A stretch of 64,000 nucleotides of DNA from an uncultured Puniceicoccaceae bacterium (GTDB taxonomy: Bacteria > Verrucomicrobiota > Verrucomicrobiia > Opitutales > Oceanipulchritudinaceae), in assembly GCA_963933835.1 (NCBI GenBank), contig CAWVVV010000002.1, positions 288,001 through 352,000 on the forward strand, given 5' to 3'. Positions within the stretch are counted from its first letter, which is position 1. Every line of letters begins with the position of its first letter. Both the position numbers and the translations under genes were made by a program. Below, one piece after another: positions 29,516 to 43,092 of the stretch. The notes below the pieces were generated by a model that was not told the origin of the DNA, made no database searches, and saw only the letters and a program-made list of their open reading frames with translations.

Positions 29516-31462
29516 ATGAAACTCGATTCCAATATTCCGGAAGGTCCGATAGAGAAGAAGTGGACGAACGCTAAATTTAACTACAAACTCGTGAACCCGG
29601 CGAACAAGCGGAAGTACTCCGTCATCGTTGTCGGGTCAGGGCTCGCTGGTGGCGCTGCTGCCGCGACGATGGGTGAGTTGGGCTACAACGTGAAGTGCTT
29701 CTGCTATCAGGATAGCCCGCGCCGCGCCCACTCGATCGCTGCCCAAGGTGGCATCAACGCCGCCAAGAACTACCAAAACGACGGCGACAGTGTCTTCCGT
29801 CTGTTCTACGACACGGTCAAAGGGGGCGACTACCGCGCCCGCGAAGCCAACGTCTACCGCCTCGCCGAAGTCTCCGCTTCGATCATCGACCAGTGTGTCG
29901 CTTCCGGGGTGCCATTTGCTCGTGAATACGGCGGCATGCTCGCGAATCGCTCCTTCGGTGGTGCGCAGGTGAGCCGAACTTTTTACGCCCGTGGCCAAAC
30001 CGGGCAGCAGCTTCTCCTCGGTGCTTACTCTAGCCTTAGTCGCCAGATCGGCCTCGGCATGGTTAAGATGTATAACCGCCACGAAATGCTCGACGTCGTT
30101 CTCGTCGATGGCGTGGCCAAGGGCATCATCACCCGTAACCTCGTCAACGGTGAGATCGAACGCTGGGGTGCAGACGCGGTTGTCCTCGCGACCGGTGGTT
30201 ACAGCACCGTCTTTTTCCTCTCCACCTGTGCGGCAGGTTGTAACGTCACTGCCGCGTGGCGCGCCCACAAGCGCGGCGCTGGCATTGCCAACCCTTGCTA
30301 CACCCAGATCCACCCAACCTGTTTACCACAGGAAGGTGAGCATCAGTCGAAGCTCACCCTCATGTCGGAATCGCTGCGAAACGATGGCCGTGTCTGGGTG
30401 CCGAAAACGAAAGAGATCGCCGCCCAACTCCGGACCCGCGAGATCAAGCCATCCGACGTCGCTGAAGACGATCGCGACTACTACCTCGAGCGCAAATACC
30501 CGAGCTTCGGTAACCTTGCCCCGCGTGACATCTCTTCCCGCGCTGCGAAAGAAGCCTGTGACGATGGTCGCGGCATCGCACCGACCGGCTTTGGCGTGTA
30601 TTTGGATTTCAAGGACGCCATCGAGCGCCTCGGTAAAGACTTGATCGCGGAGCGCTACGGCAATCTCTTCGACATGTATGAGAACATCGCCGGCTACAAC
30701 GCTTACGAGCAGCCGATGATGATCTACCCGGCACCGCACTATACGATGGGTGGCCTCTGGGTGGACTACAATCTACAGACCACCATCCCAGGCCTCTTCG
30801 CTGGCGGTGAGTGTAACTTCTCTGACCACGGTGCGAATCGCCTTGGAGCTTCCGCCCTCATGCAGGGCTTGGCCGATGGCTACTTCGTTCTCCCGTCGGT
30901 CGTCGGTAATTACTTCGGCGAAAACGTTCCGGTCGGCAAAGTAGGGAAATTTGATGTTAATTCCGAGCCGTTCCTCGAAGCGGAGCGAAATGTTAAGGAG
31001 CGGATCGAAAAGATGATGTCGATGAACGGCTCATCGAGCCCGCGTTCAATCCACATCGCACTGGGCAAGATCCTGCTCGATAAGTGTGGCATGGCGCGCA
31101 GCAAGGAAGGGCTCACTGAGGCGATTGAGCAGATCCAAGCCCTTCGCGAGAGATTCTGGACGGATCTTTGCATTCCGGGAGACTCGGCAGATCTCAATCT
31201 CGAGCTCGAGCGCGCCGGTCGCGTTTCTGACCACCTCGAGTTTGCCGAGCTCATGTGTTTCGACGCACGTGATCGCGAAGAGTCTTGCGGTGGTCACTTC
31301 CGAGTCGAACACCAGACTTCGGAAGGTGAGGCCGAGCGTAACGACGCCGAATTTAGTCACGCCAGTGTTTGGGAATTCACCGATGTTGGTAGAGAGCCGA
31401 TCAAACACAAAGAAGAGCTTACCTTTGATAATGTGAAGCTCGGTATCCGTTCCTACAAATAG
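29516..31462 (+). CDS. sdhA: Succinate dehydrogenase/fumarate reductase flavoprotein
   Basis: [38 protein letters not shown]. Confidence 0.97.
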   Translation: MKLDSNIPEGPIEKKWTNAKFNYKLVNPANKRKYSVIVVGSGLAGGAAAATMGELGYNVKCFCYQDSPRRAHSIAAQGGINAAKNYQNDGDSVFRLFYDTVKGGDYRAREANVYRLAEVSASIIDQCVASGVPFAREYGGMLANRSFGGAQVSRTFYARGQTGQQLLLGAYSSLSRQIGLGMVKMYNRHEMLDVVLVDGVAKGIITRNLVNGEIERWGADAVVLATGGYSTVFFLSTCAAGCNVTAAWRAHKRGAGIANPCYTQIHPTCLPQEGEHQSKLTLMSESLRNDGRVWVPKTKEIAAQLRTREIKPSDVAEDDRDYYLERKYPSFGNLAPRDISSRAAKEACDDGRGIAPTGFGVYLDFKDAIERLGKDLIAERYGNLFDMYENIAGYNAYEQPMMIYPAPHYTMGGLWVDYNLQTTIPGLFAGGECNFSDHGANRLGASALMQGLADGYFVLPSVVGNYFGENVPVGKVGKFDVNSEPFLEAERNVKERIEKMMSMNGSSSPRSIHIALGKILLDKCGMARSKEGLTEAIEQIQALRERFWTDLCIPGDSADLNLELERAGRVSDHLEFAELMCFDARDREESCGGHFRVEHQTSEGEAERNDAEFSHASVWEFTDVGREPIKHKEELTFDNVKLGIRSYK

Positions 31463-31488
31463 TATCAACTTTCAACTACATCATAGCT

Positions 31489-32262
31489 ATGCCTGAAAAG
31501 ACCATCAGTGTTAAACTCAAAGTATGGCGCCAAAAAGGCACCGGCACGTCGGGCAATTTTGTCGACTATGAAATGAATGACGTTTCGACGTCATCGTCAT
31601 TTCTGGAGATGCTCGATCTCTTGAACGAAGATCTGATCGGCAAGAAAGTAGAGCCGGTGGCCTTTGACCATGACTGCCGCGAAGGTATCTGCGGGACGTG
31701 TTCGATGAACATCAATGGCGTGCCGCACGGTAAGGGCAACTTGCAGACGACCTGCCAGCTTCACATGCGCAGTTTTAAGGATGGCGATAGCATTGTCGTC
31801 GAGCCTTTCCGGGCGAAGCCGTTTCCCATCCTCAAAGACTTGGTCGTCGATCGCAGTCCGTTCGATCGAATCATCCAAAATGGTGGCTTTATCGAGCAGC
31901 GTGTCGGCAGTGCGGAAGACGCCAACGCCGTGCCGATCAGTAAGACAATCGCAGACAAGGCGATGGATGCAGCGGCTTGCATCGGCTGTGGCGCCTGTGT
32001 GGCGGCCTGCCCGAACGCATCAGCGATGCTCTTTACCTCCGCCAAGATGGGGCAGTTGAACTTGCTCCCACAGGGCAAGCCTGAGCGCCACCGCCGCGCA
32101 GTGGCGATGGTTGAGCAGATGGACGCCGAAGGTTTCGGCTCCTGCACCAACCTTGGCGAATGTCAGTCTAGCTGCCCGAAAGGCATCAGCCTCGACTTTA
32201 TTGCCGCCATGAATCGCGACTATGCCGTCGCGAGCGTGAAGAACTTCTTTGGCGCGCTTTAG
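31489..32262 (+). CDS. sdhB: Succinate dehydrogenase Fe-S subunit
   Basis: [32 protein letters not shown]. Confidence 0.97.
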   Translation: MPEKTISVKLKVWRQKGTGTSGNFVDYEMNDVSTSSSFLEMLDLLNEDLIGKKVEPVAFDHDCREGICGTCSMNINGVPHGKGNLQTTCQLHMRSFKDGDSIVVEPFRAKPFPILKDLVVDRSPFDRIIQNGGFIEQRVGSAEDANAVPISKTIADKAMDAAACIGCGACVAACPNASAMLFTSAKMGQLNLLPQGKPERHRRAVAMVEQMDAEGFGSCTNLGECQSSCPKGISLDFIAAMNRDYAVASVKNFFGAL

Positions 32263-32306
32263 GGCTAGATTGACAGCATCAGGTAAGTAGCCAATTTTTC
32301 GACGGA

Positions 32307-32726
32307 GTGAAACTGCGGCGAAAGGAGCATCCTGAGGAGGATTTTCAAATGGCCCCCATGATCGACATGGTGTTCCTCCTTCTTGTCTTCTTCATGACCG
32401 TCAGCACGCTGGCTCAGGATGAGCGACGCCCCCTCGACCTCGCAGAGAGTGAACGCTCGCAGGCACCCGAAGAGATTCAGAACCGCGGCACTGTTTCGCT
32501 CGAATTCGACGCTTCGGAGCAGCTTCAACTTTACCTCGGAGCAACTGCGCTTTCAAAGGAAGAGCTTCGCGCGGCTTTATCTGCCGGCCTTGAAGCCGAC
32601 CCAGAACTAGAGGTCAATGTCCGCTCTCCGCATGATATGCCTTTTCGCGAGATCAAGCAGGTGCTGAAACTGTGCGCTGAAGTTGGAGCCTACAAAGTCG
32701 TCTACGCAACGTATCAAAAGAGCTGA
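32307..32726 (+). CDS. exbD: ExbD/TolR family protein
   Basis: MAPMIDMVFLLLVFFM. Confidence 0.92.
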   Translation: MKLRRKEHPEEDFQMAPMIDMVFLLLVFFMTVSTLAQDERRPLDLAESERSQAPEEIQNRGTVSLEFDASEQLQLYLGATALSKEELRAALSAGLEADPELEVNVRSPHDMPFREIKQVLKLCAEVGAYKVVYATYQKS

Positions 32727-32731
32727 TACCG

Positions 32732-33172
32732 ATGCCTCTTCTCCGAAAACGAGCTCAAGACAAGCCGAGCATACCCATCGCTCCGATGATCGACTGTGTC
32801 TTCCTCATGCTCATCTACTTCATGGTCACGAGCTCGCTTGAGAAACAGGAGGCGGACATCGCCTTCGAGCTCCCCGGAGTGGTGGAGCAATCCGAGCCAC
32901 TCGAATTACCCGATGAGCAAATCATCGAAATCGATGCCGTCGGCCAGGTGCTCGTCAACGAATACGCCTACGACGACCCCGCCTCAGGCCGCTACCAAGA
33001 GCTCGCCGCCATGCTCACGCGCTTTCGAGAAGCCTGCGATGCCAACAAAGTCGAATGCATGGTCACGATCGCACCGGACGAAGAAACCACCCAGCAGATG
33101 ATCGTAAAGGTGATGGACGCGATCTCATTTGCCGGCATCGAAGGCGCTAACTTTGCTTTGCTCGAGGAATGA
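32732..33172 (+). CDS. exbD: ExbD/TolR family protein (second paralogue)
   Basis: IAPMIDCVFLMLIYFMV. Confidence 0.92.
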   Translation: MPLLRKRAQDKPSIPIAPMIDCVFLMLIYFMVTSSLEKQEADIAFELPGVVEQSEPLELPDEQIIEIDAVGQVLVNEYAYDDPASGRYQELAAMLTRFREACDANKVECMVTIAPDEETTQQMIVKVMDAISFAGIEGANFALLEE

Positions 33173-33960
33173 GTGCGCTTCGCCAAAATTTCCCCATCAT
33201 TGTTCTCATCGTGATTGCACTCGGGGCCTTAAAGATTGGGCCCAAGGTTCGCACTGAGCCGATGCCGCCTGCATGGGTGCCGGTGATACGTGAAGAAGCC
33301 CCGCCGAAGGCACCCAAACCGCCAAAGGTTCCAGTCGATGGGGCCTCACTCACGGGTTCGATCGATATCGAGGATGCTTACGATCTCGGCGATCCGATTT
33401 ACATCACTTTGAGCGTCGAGAACACGGGCGTGGTATCGCTCACCGAAGTGATGATCTGGCTGCCTTTACCGGTCGGAACCAACACTGTTCAAGGAGCTCG
33501 CTTCCTTCGTTTTCCGATAAAGCGACTCAAGCCAGGCCAGTCGGTCACCAAGCAAGGGACCCTGGTTCAGCAAATTGCCGGTAAGGTGGCCCTGCAGGCT
33601 CGATTCATTTCAAATGAAAGTCCGGATGCTTCGATCAAGGAAATCGTCAGAATCTCGACCGCCGTCCTCACCATTCTGCCAAATTTTGAGGACGCTCTCA
33701 TCAACGAAGGCGCGTCTGAGCTCTGTTTTACGGTGACGAATCACGGTGGGGCTCCTGCCCGAGATCTTGTCGTTCGTCTTCACGATCTTACCGAAGAGTA
33801 TCTCATTTGGAAAGAGCTTGAGCCCGGCGCTTCGACCGAAGCCTGCTTCGATCTTTCGTCTCTAGTGGCGGGTAAATACGAGCTGACGGCTGAGGCTTCT
33901 GCCTTTGCCGCCGACATCGCTTATTACGAAAACGAGCTCGTCGTCGAAGTGCGGGAATGA
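33169..33960 (+). CDS. Membrane-anchored protein with Pro-rich linker and two Ig-like (DUF11/CARDB-like) domains
   Basis: TM, PPKAPKPPKVP, ITLSVENTG...LKPGQS, FTVTNHG...LEPGAS. Confidence 0.65.
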   Translation: MSALRQNFPIIVLIVIALGALKIGPKVRTEPMPPAWVPVIREEAPPKAPKPPKVPVDGASLTGSIDIEDAYDLGDPIYITLSVENTGVVSLTEVMIWLPLPVGTNTVQGARFLRFPIKRLKPGQSVTKQGTLVQQIAGKVALQARFISNESPDASIKEIVRISTAVLTILPNFEDALINEGASELCFTVTNHGGAPARDLVVRLHDLTEEYLIWKELEPGASTEACFDLSSLVAGKYELTAEASAFAADIAYYENELVVEVRE

Positions 33961-34014
33961 GGGGGCGGTTCTTTTTGCTTTGCGCGCGGGCCATCGAAGA
34001 ACAGCCTCTGGCGC

Positions 34015-35412
34015 ATGGCTAGTAACTCCCAAGCGACTTGGGGCGGACGCTTCGAAAAAAGCCCCGCCGATCTAATGGTGCAGTTCAGCGAATCCGTCTC
34101 TTTCGATCAGGCGCTCGCTCTCTTTGACATCCAAGGATCACGCGCTCATGCCGCGATGCTTGCGCAGGTGGGCCTTATCTCGTCCGAAGAAGCGGATGCG
34201 ATCGATGCGGGGCTCGCTACCATTGCGACTGAAGTCGAGAACGGCGAAATGGAGTGGGAGGCGCGCTACGAAGACGTCCACATGAACATCGAGCAACGGC
34301 TGACGAGCCGAGTGCCAGCAGCAGCGAAACTGCACACTGCTCGGAGTCGAAACGACCAGGTGGCGACAGACATGCGGCTGTGGTTTCGGTGGGCAGGGGA
34401 AAGCATCGACGCCACCCTCAAGCACTGCATCGCAACACTCCTCAGCCAAGCTGAGAAAACCCAAACAGTTTACATCCCCGGCTACACTCACCTCCAGCGT
34501 GCGCAACCGGTCTCGATGGCCCATCACCTCCTCGCCTATGTTGAGATGCTCGGGCGTGACCGGAAACGGTTCAGTCGGCTCGTTGAAGATGCTCAGTGGT
34601 GTCCTCTCGGCTCGGGTGCGATCGCTGGAACGACATTGCCGATCGATCGCGAACTCACCGCCTCAACGCTCGGTTTTGTTTCCGCCGAAGGCGATTCTCA
34701 GCCCACCCGCAACAGTATGGATGCGATCGCGGACCGGGATCTATTTCACGATTTCGCTCATGCCTGCGCAGTCACTGGCATCCACCTCTCGCGGATGGCG
34801 GAGGATCTTATCCTTTGGACGTCATCAGAATTTGCATACGTAAAGTTCTCTGACGAATACACCACGGGCTCCAGCCTCATGCCTCAGAAGAAAAACCCCG
34901 ACGCGCTCGAATTGATTCGGGGAAAATCGGGACGACTCTGTGGGCATGTGACATCGCTGCTGACGATGGTGAAGGGCCTGCCGCTGACGTATAATCGCGA
35001 CCTACAGGAAGACAAACCACCGGTTTTCGACGCTTTCACCACGCTTTCAGCTTCGCTGGCTGTCATGGCGGGCACAGTTGATGGTATGGCAGTAAATACT
35101 GCGGGCTGTGAGCGGGCAGTGAGCGACCCTGCACTCCTTGCGACCGATGTGGTCGACTATCTCGTCCTGAAGAAGGTTCCTTTCCGCGAAGCGCATCACC
35201 TCATTGGTGCACTCGTGGCAGAGAGCGAAAAAACAGATACGCCCCTTCCTGAGCTTCCTTTTGCCACGGTTTCGGCACTGCATCCAGCCTTCGCAGAAGA
35301 TTGGGTCGAGTGCTTCTCGCTCAGTGCAGCGATGAAGGGCCGTGAGAACACCGGCATGCCGGGACCAGATCAAGTTGCCCAGCAGATCGCGTTCTGGAAG
35401 AAGCAGGGATAG
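34015..35412 (+). CDS. argH: Argininosuccinate lyase
   Basis: [36 protein letters not shown]. Confidence 0.97.
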   Translation: MASNSQATWGGRFEKSPADLMVQFSESVSFDQALALFDIQGSRAHAAMLAQVGLISSEEADAIDAGLATIATEVENGEMEWEARYEDVHMNIEQRLTSRVPAAAKLHTARSRNDQVATDMRLWFRWAGESIDATLKHCIATLLSQAEKTQTVYIPGYTHLQRAQPVSMAHHLLAYVEMLGRDRKRFSRLVEDAQWCPLGSGAIAGTTLPIDRELTASTLGFVSAEGDSQPTRNSMDAIADRDLFHDFAHACAVTGIHLSRMAEDLILWTSSEFAYVKFSDEYTTGSSLMPQKKNPDALELIRGKSGRLCGHVTSLLTMVKGLPLTYNRDLQEDKPPVFDAFTTLSASLAVMAGTVDGMAVNTAGCERAVSDPALLATDVVDYLVLKKVPFREAHHLIGALVAESEKTDTPLPELPFATVSALHPAFAEDWVECFSLSAAMKGRENTGMPGPDQVAQQIAFWKKQG

Positions 35413-35475
35413 TTGGCGGACGGCTGGGGGCAATCGACCCTGCCTTGCACGGTAAATGTTAAGGCTGCCTGTCTC

Positions 35476-35550
35476 AGCGGACCGGCAGGAGCCGATCCCT
35501 CCAAAAACTGATGTCATCCCTTTGGAGGGACCGCGTCCTCGCGGTCCGCT
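35476..35550. repeat. Inverted REP doublet (REPIN-like) with GGAG foot
   Basis: TTTGGAGGGACCGCGTCCTCGCGGTCCGC and inverted copy TTTGGAGGGATCGGCTCCTGCCGGTCCGC, 15-nt spacer. Confidence 0.7.
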
Positions 35551-35609
35551 TACGGTATTATCAGGGCTGCAATGCGCGCGATCAACAGCAGTCAGATCAG
35601 CAGGACACC

Positions 35610-36272
35610 CTAAAACTGCGAACGAAACTGATCAAATTCCTCACGCATCTTTTGCAGGCTGTTTTTCAGTTCAGCGACTTCGGCTTTGAGCTCTTCGATT
35701 TCGAGTTCGCGGGGCGATGGGGCTAGGGGACTTTCGACCTCGGTGACCGCTTCAGCTGCGCTTTTCTCGATGGGTGCTCCGAGCACGTGGGCGTAGCGGA
35801 TGTCCTTTGTTCCGGCTCGATGCGGTAATTCCCGGACAAGGGTTTGGGGCTCAAGCTCACGTTGTTCCATGCCTTCGAGGGTGTCGCGGACTTCATCGAG
35901 ATCACGAAAGGCATGGATGCGTTCGGTGCGCTGACGGAGTTGGCCGAGGCTCTGAGGGCCGCGCAAGAGAAGGACGGTGAGAAGAGCGTATTCTGCTCTA
36001 GTGAGTTCCCAGCTTTCATCTGCCTGGTGGCGATACTTCGGAACGCGGGAGCCAGCCATATCGACTCTGAAGGCTAGGCGTCGGTCGCGAAGTTCGTCGA
36101 GCGCGGCTTCGGCTTCATCATCGTCTAAAGTGGTGACGGGGTCGCGGCTTGTTTTCTGGTTACACCCGAGGGTAAGGCCATTGAGCGAGAGCGGATACTG
36201 GTCAGGCGTCGTTGCCGCCTTTCCCATCAAAACCCCGAGGACGCGCACTTCTGTATCAGATAAATGGGACAT
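35610..36272 (-). CDS. yceH: YceH/DUF480 family protein
   Basis: RVLGVL..K..TTPDQYPLSLN, CNQKTSRDPV, LLLRGPQ. Confidence 0.93.
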   Translation of the reverse strand: MSHLSDTEVRVLGVLMGKAATTPDQYPLSLNGLTLGCNQKTSRDPVTTLDDDEAEAALDELRDRRLAFRVDMAGSRVPKYRHQADESWELTRAEYALLTVLLLRGPQSLGQLRQRTERIHAFRDLDEVRDTLEGMEQRELEPQTLVRELPHRAGTKDIRYAHVLGAPIEKSAAEAVTEVESPLAPSPRELEIEELKAEVAELKNSLQKMREEFDQFRSQF

Positions 36273-38290
36273 TATAACTTATCCGCGAGACCGGTTAGGT
36301 CAGTTGTTGGTGCGAGGCACTGGGTTCCAATGCAGAGGATGTAGCCATCAGGCTGGTCTGGAGTATCCGAGGCTATGAAGAAACAGCGGCGGTAGGGTTT
36401 GCCCGCTACGGCTTGGCGTAGCTCCTCCAAGTCCGCCTTGGGAGAAGCCTTGATCGTGGCGACACCGGTGACGGCTCGGGTGATGCCGTCCATCGCATGG
36501 CCGATGGCATGAGGTGCGCGCTCGATGTAGCCGGGGTAGGCGGCACTCATTGCGCGCCAAGCGGTGTCCCAGTGAGATTCTCCAGTGAGCTGGGCAAGGT
36601 CGCGCGCGACGTGAACAAGGCAGCTGTGTCCGGCGGGGACTGCGTTGTCGAACCACTCCTTCTTGCGCTGGAGGACATCGCTTTGCTCAGCGTCAGTGAA
36701 GTAATAGCCGAGCGCGCTTTTGTCTTTGAAACGGGCTTCAACCGTTTCCCAGATCTTCTGTGCCCGCTTGATGTATTGATGCGCGGTTCCAGGCTGTGCC
36801 CAGTCGATGTAAGCAGCGACACTCAGGCAGGCTTCGGCGTAGGTCGCAAAGTCATCGATCACCGCAGTGCCAAAACCATCTTTTTCGTAGGCCCCGCGCT
36901 GCATGTGGAGCAGGCCGCTGTCTTCGACGATCAGATTGTTCCAGACCCAGTCGACGATCTCAACAGCACGAGCAAGCCAGTCTTTGCGGCCAAAGGTCCA
37001 AGCGGCTTCAGCGAGCCCGTTCGCGACGAGGGAATTCCAAGCAACAAGCCGCTTTTCATCTCGACCAGGGGCGGGGCGGCTTTCACGTGCTAAAAGTAGT
37101 TTCCCACGCTGTTCCGCGAGCGCTTCGCGCTCAGTGAATTCTGGTTCTAGGAGGATAGGCTGGCTCCAGCCTTTCTCGAAGTTGCCTTCTTCGGTGATGC
37201 CGTAGGCGTGGGCGACACGTTCAGCATCGTTTTTGCCGAGAGTGGCGTCGAGGGACTCTGGATTCCACACGTAGTAGCTGCCTTCGCCGCCTTCGCTGTC
37301 GGCGTCGAGCGCGCTGTAGTAGCCGCCTTCAGGTGCGGCCATTTCGCGTTCAAGCCACCCGATGGTTTCTTCGACGATCACTTTGTAGAGAGGTTTTGGA
37401 TACGATCGGTAGGCGCGACTGTAGGTCGTGAGGAGGAGCCCATTGTCATAGAGCATCTTCTCAAAGTGAGGGATGATCCAATGCTGATCGACGCAGTAGC
37501 GGGAGAAGCCGCCGCCGAACTGATCGTATAGCCCACCATGCGCCATTGCGGTCAGAGTCGTGTTGATCACTTCGTCAATACGCGTCGCAAGGGCTGGTTG
37601 ACGAACGTCGACCGTTTCCGTTTGTCGCAGCGCGAGGAGGAAATCGAGTGTCATCGACGGCGGAAACTTCGGTGCGCTGCCGAAGCCGCCGTAGGTGTCG
37701 TCGTGCGAATCGAGAATGGTTTTTGCGCCCGCGAGGAGCGCGCTGGGCTCGAGTGGATCGCCGGTGATGGCGACAGGCAGATCACCTGCGCCGATATTTT
37801 TCATCACGGAGTCAGCATTCTCTTCGAGGTCGGAACGGCTGCGTTTGAAAAAGTCACTGACGCGCACGATAAGCTGCGGCCATGGCACGCTACCACCGCC
37901 GCGTTTCTCATCCGGCGGGAAGTAGGTGCCGCCGGCAAAAGGCCGCCCGTCGGGGAGACAGAAGGCATTCAGTGGCCAGCCGCCATGCCCCCCGTTCATC
38001 ATCTGCACCGCCTCCATGTAGAGGTGATCGAGGTCGGGGCGTTCTTCTCGGTCGACCTTGATGCAGACAAAGTGCTCGTTCATGAGCCCTGCAATGAAAG
38101 GATCTTCAAAGCTTTCGTGCGCCATGACGTGGCACCAGTGGCAGGCACTGTAGCCGATCGAGACGATGATCGGCTTGGACTCCTTTTGGGCGCGATCAAG
38201 GGCTTCGGCCCCCCACGGATACCAATCGACGGGATTGTCGGCGTGTTGCCGGAGATAGAGTGAGGAGGCGTCTGCTAGGCGATTAGGCAT
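36272..38290 (-). CDS. YyaL/SSP411-family thioredoxin-domain protein
   Basis: [48 protein letters not shown]. Confidence 0.94.
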   Translation of the reverse strand: MPNRLADASSLYLRQHADNPVDWYPWGAEALDRAQKESKPIIVSIGYSACHWCHVMAHESFEDPFIAGLMNEHFVCIKVDREERPDLDHLYMEAVQMMNGGHGGWPLNAFCLPDGRPFAGGTYFPPDEKRGGGSVPWPQLIVRVSDFFKRSRSDLEENADSVMKNIGAGDLPVAITGDPLEPSALLAGAKTILDSHDDTYGGFGSAPKFPPSMTLDFLLALRQTETVDVRQPALATRIDEVINTTLTAMAHGGLYDQFGGGFSRYCVDQHWIIPHFEKMLYDNGLLLTTYSRAYRSYPKPLYKVIVEETIGWLEREMAAPEGGYYSALDADSEGGEGSYYVWNPESLDATLGKNDAERVAHAYGITEEGNFEKGWSQPILLEPEFTEREALAEQRGKLLLARESRPAPGRDEKRLVAWNSLVANGLAEAAWTFGRKDWLARAVEIVDWVWNNLIVEDSGLLHMQRGAYEKDGFGTAVIDDFATYAEACLSVAAYIDWAQPGTAHQYIKRAQKIWETVEARFKDKSALGYYFTDAEQSDVLQRKKEWFDNAVPAGHSCLVHVARDLAQLTGESHWDTAWRAMSAAYPGYIERAPHAIGHAMDGITRAVTGVATIKASPKADLEELRQAVAGKPYRRCFFIASDTPDQPDGYILCIGTQCLAPTTDLTGLADKL

Positions 38291-38358
38291 TGGGTCGAAA
38301 TGTAAGGTGGCGATCTAGTTCTGTTTGGCAACCGTAGCCGAGACTTCCCTGAAAGCAC

Positions 38359-38394
38359 AAAAAAGCCCCCGGAAGAAAGACTTCCGGAGGCTTT
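38359..38394 (-). terminator. Intrinsic terminator after eno
   Basis: AAAGCCcCCGGAAG-aaaga-CTTCCGGaGGCTTT with a U tract on the minus strand. Confidence 0.75.
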
Positions 38395-38418
38395 GAAATA
38401 ATTGGATACGAATGAAGT

Positions 38419-39729
<1,311 letters not shown>

Positions 39730-39906
39730 TTATGTTTGGAGAAAAGTTAAAGTATGAGTGGGGCGGTTCTTGGCTTGTGGCTTTGCTCTGTCAATCCAGC
39801 AGGTAAGAGTTTCGCCCCTAAATGGAGTCTGGCTGGGAATTTGATCCCGTAGCGGTCCTATATCGAGATCGTCAAATGGATCAAGGTGCTCCCCGCTACG
39901 TTCGTG

Positions 39907-41759
39907 CTACTTAGCAACGGTGGATTCGATCCTCCCCTTGAGCTTCAGTTCTTTCGCTATGAGGTCGTGGAGATCGTGGCCGTGATAAGGTTTAGGTAGA
40001 AATTTAACCGAGTCGAAACACGGCCAGTTTCGACCGATCATATTCATGTTATAAGCACTGGTGAGGATAAATAGGGTGTCTGGCAGAAGGTCTCTCGCTT
40101 GTTCGATGAGCTGCTTCCCTGTAAGCCGAGGCATGGTATGATCCGTCACGACGGCATCAAAGGATTGATCGCTCAGCTCGATCGCATCGAGCGCGGCTTG
40201 GCCGTCGGCAACGGAGGTAATCTCGAAGCCCCGTGTATCCAGATAGCTAGACATCGCCATGCGGAGGAGCTCTTCATCTTCCACAAAAAGGATACGGAAG
40301 GGTTTCCCGTCGGCGCCGGTTGGGGCATTTTCACTGGAGGGTTTGGCACTTTGCCCACTCACGACACTCGGCATCCAGATGTCGAATTGCGTGCCGACAC
40401 CTTCTTCACTTTCGACGGTGATTTTACCGCCGTTCTCGTGCACGAGATTCTCGACCGCGTTTAGGCCGAGGCCGTTCCCTTCCGGACCTTTGGTCGTGTA
40501 GAAGGCGCGGAAGATCTTCTTTTTACTTCAGGGGCCATGCCGACGCCTGTATCAATAAAGCTGATACACACCCAGTTCGCTGAGGCTTTGTCGATTTCTT
40601 CTCCATGGAGCTCGGAGGGCAGGGCCTTTGTCTCGGCCTTGATCGTAAGATTTCCGCCCTTCGCGGCCATGGCGTCACGCGCGTTGACGGTGAGGTTAAT
40701 AAAAATCTGATTGAGCATGCCAGGCCCGATCGAGACAAAGCCCTCTTCTTTGGGGACCTGCAGATCGAGTTCGATATGTTCCCCAAGAAGGCGACTCAAG
40801 ACGTCGCGATTAGTTTTGAGGTAGTTTGTTAGCTCAGTCTCCCCGTCCAGCGGTGCCTGATGCGGATTAAAGGTCATGAGGTCCTGCACGAGGCTCTTTC
40901 CACGGCGGGTGGCTGTGAGGATATTGCGCGCGAGGTCATTCTCTGGGTCACGCAACATCATGAGCTCGATATTTGCCTGTACCGCGGCGAGCAGGTTATT
41001 GAACTCATGAGCGATGCCTGATGAAAGCTCGCCCACTGCGACCATTCTTTCGCGTTCATACGTCCCGCGCTGGAGGCTGCCTTCGCCGGTTATGTTACGC
41101 AGGGTACAAAGGTGAAGATAGCGTCCACGTTCTCGAGTGAAGGCGACACGTGTTTCCACGACGGTCGTCTCACCTTCAGGTTGCGAGACATTGATGCGTC
41201 CGACGTGATCGGTATCGAGCTCGTGGGGCCATTCTGATCCGGTGAGTTCTTCCAGCGGTGAATTGAGGATTTTGGTCGCGGCGCGATTGGCAAAAACGAC
41301 CTTCTTGTCTTCCCCGATCGCGACGATGCCCTCGGTCGTATTTTCGAGGATGTGGTTTAGGCGGGTGTGCTCCGAACGGAGGTCAGCGGCCAGTTTGTGC
41401 CGTTCAAGCGAGTTACGTATACTGCGCTGAAGGAGCGCGATGCTGTAGTCCTCCTTGGAGAGGCAGTCCTGTGCTCCTGCCTGCATCGCGCCGAGTCCAA
41501 GCTCTTCAGTCTCGATCTCGGTGAGGACAATAATGGGGGTCCTAGGAAAAATCTTTTGTGCCTGAGCCAGCGTCTCAAGCCCACGTGATCCGGGAAGGTT
41601 GAGATCGAGGAGGAGGAGGTCCCAACCGGCGCTTTTTTTCGATGCCGCCACTGACAGACTCTCAACAAAATCCGTGAAGATCGGATCCGTTATGCAGCTG
41701 AAGCGCTGTTTTAGAAGGATACGATCAGTAGAGTTATCCTCAACGACAAGGATACGCAT
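39907..41759 (-). CDS. Hybrid sensor kinase REC-PAS-HisKA-HATPase-REC; frameshift near 40520-40524
   Basis: MRILVVEDN, IAHEFNNLL, NLTVNARDAM, DTGVGM; after restoring one A: IFRAFYTTKGPEGNGLGL...HENGGKITVES, then a C-terminal REC. Confidence 0.88.
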
Positions 41760-41934
41760 ACGTCTACTCAGTGTGTTTTTATCCGCCAAAGCTCTTATTA
41801 AAAGTGTGAGTGGTTTTTCCTTTAAATAGCCGCCGGTGCCGGTTTGAAAGACTAAAATCATGGATGTGAATTCCGTAAATGTGCTCTACGATCTCTGTCT
41901 TGTCTTCTTCGAGGGATGAATCAGATTTGTCGCG

Positions 41935-42687
41935 ATGACGGATCCCCGCATTCAGCCTCCCGATGACACCGTAGTGATGGTGCCTGCTCGCCTAGCTTCC
42001 CAACGTTTCCCGCGGAAGTTACTCTATGAAATCGAAGGTCGTCCGCTCATTCTCTGGACGGCTGATCGCCTAAAGTCAGAACTGCCGGGCTGGCGGGTTG
42101 TTTACGCGGTGGCCGATGAAGAGCTCCAGTCAGTTTTAGAGGCGGAGGGCTGCGAGACGGTGATGACGGATCCGGCACTGGCGAGTGGAACAGACCGCTT
42201 GGCCGCAGCAAACAAGGAGGTCGGTGCTCGGTATGTGATCAATGTGCAGGCAGACGAGCCCCTCGTTAAGGGCTCTGAGGTGCGGCTTCTCGCTGAGCTC
42301 GTACAAGGTGATTTCGATATCTCAACGCTAGCGACCCCTTTCCGCTCACACGAAGACTTCCTCAACCCAAACCGCGTCAAAGTTATCTGTGATGGCGACG
42401 GGCGTGCCTTCTATTTCTCACGGAGTCCGATCCCGCATAGTCGCGATGGTGACGAGCTCGGGGGGGGCGAAGGATTTTGGCACCTTGGGCTTTACGCCTA
42501 TCGGGCGGAGGCGCTGGAGCGATTTTCTAGCTTACCTCCATCGCGCCTCGAATCGATCGAGAAACTTGAGCAGCTCCGTGCTCTGGAAAATGGACTGCGG
42601 ATCGGCGTTGGTGTCGTCGAAGAGGGTGGAATCGGAATCGATACCCTCGAAGACGTGGAGCGATTTTTAGCGGCAATGAAATCCTGA
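41935..42687 (+). CDS. kdsB: 3-deoxy-manno-octulosonate cytidylyltransferase
   Basis: PARLASQRFPRK, SGTDR, NVQADEP, YFSRSPIP, EKLEQLRALE. Confidence 0.95.
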   Translation: MTDPRIQPPDDTVVMVPARLASQRFPRKLLYEIEGRPLILWTADRLKSELPGWRVVYAVADEELQSVLEAEGCETVMTDPALASGTDRLAAANKEVGARYVINVQADEPLVKGSEVRLLAELVQGDFDISTLATPFRSHEDFLNPNRVKVICDGDGRAFYFSRSPIPHSRDGDELGGGEGFWHLGLYAYRAEALERFSSLPPSRLESIEKLEQLRALENGLRIGVGVVEEGGIGIDTLEDVERFLAAMKS

Positions 42688-42706
42688 CGGGGGCTGTATC
42701 AATAAA

Positions 42707-42737
42707 AGGTAGCGCCACATCTTCTGTAGCGCTACCT
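42707..42737. terminator. Hairpin downstream of kdsB
   Basis: AGGTAGCGCcACA-tcttc-TGTaGCGCTACCT. Confidence 0.55.
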
Positions 42738-42823
42738 CACTATTGTAGTCAGTGAATCTCTACACCCTACATGAAATCCACCGTCACTATAATACCTCTC
42801 TACTCTAAAAAGTTACGACGTCA

Positions 42824-43009
42824 CTAGTTGTAATTGGGAACACTTACGGCGTGCTTATTCAGTGTCAGGCCGAGCTGGTGTTCGTATTCGAGGACTGCCT
42901 GCGGTGATTGCACACCGATGACTTCAAAGTCTTCTGGTTCGAAAAGAAAGCGACCAGATGCGATGATGTCAGGGTTATCGTCGGCGATGAGAAGGCGTTG
43001 GGCTGACAT
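42824..43009 (-). pseudogene. Truncated response-regulator receiver fragment
   Basis: MSAQRLLIADDNPDIIASGRFLFEPEDFEVIGVQSPQAVLE followed by unrelated sequence; lacks the phospho-Asp region. Confidence 0.65.
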
Positions 43010-43092
43010 ATCAGAACAGGGGGCAATAACGGATGCCCAAAATGAAAGTACCTCTAGCTTGAGCTTTGGCCTAACGAAGCCAAGCCACAAGA

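Noticed and set aside
39847..39900. CGTAGCGG...CCGCTACG inverted repeat
   Set aside because: Only 8-bp arms with an unstructured interior; possibly a decayed REP but too weak to call.
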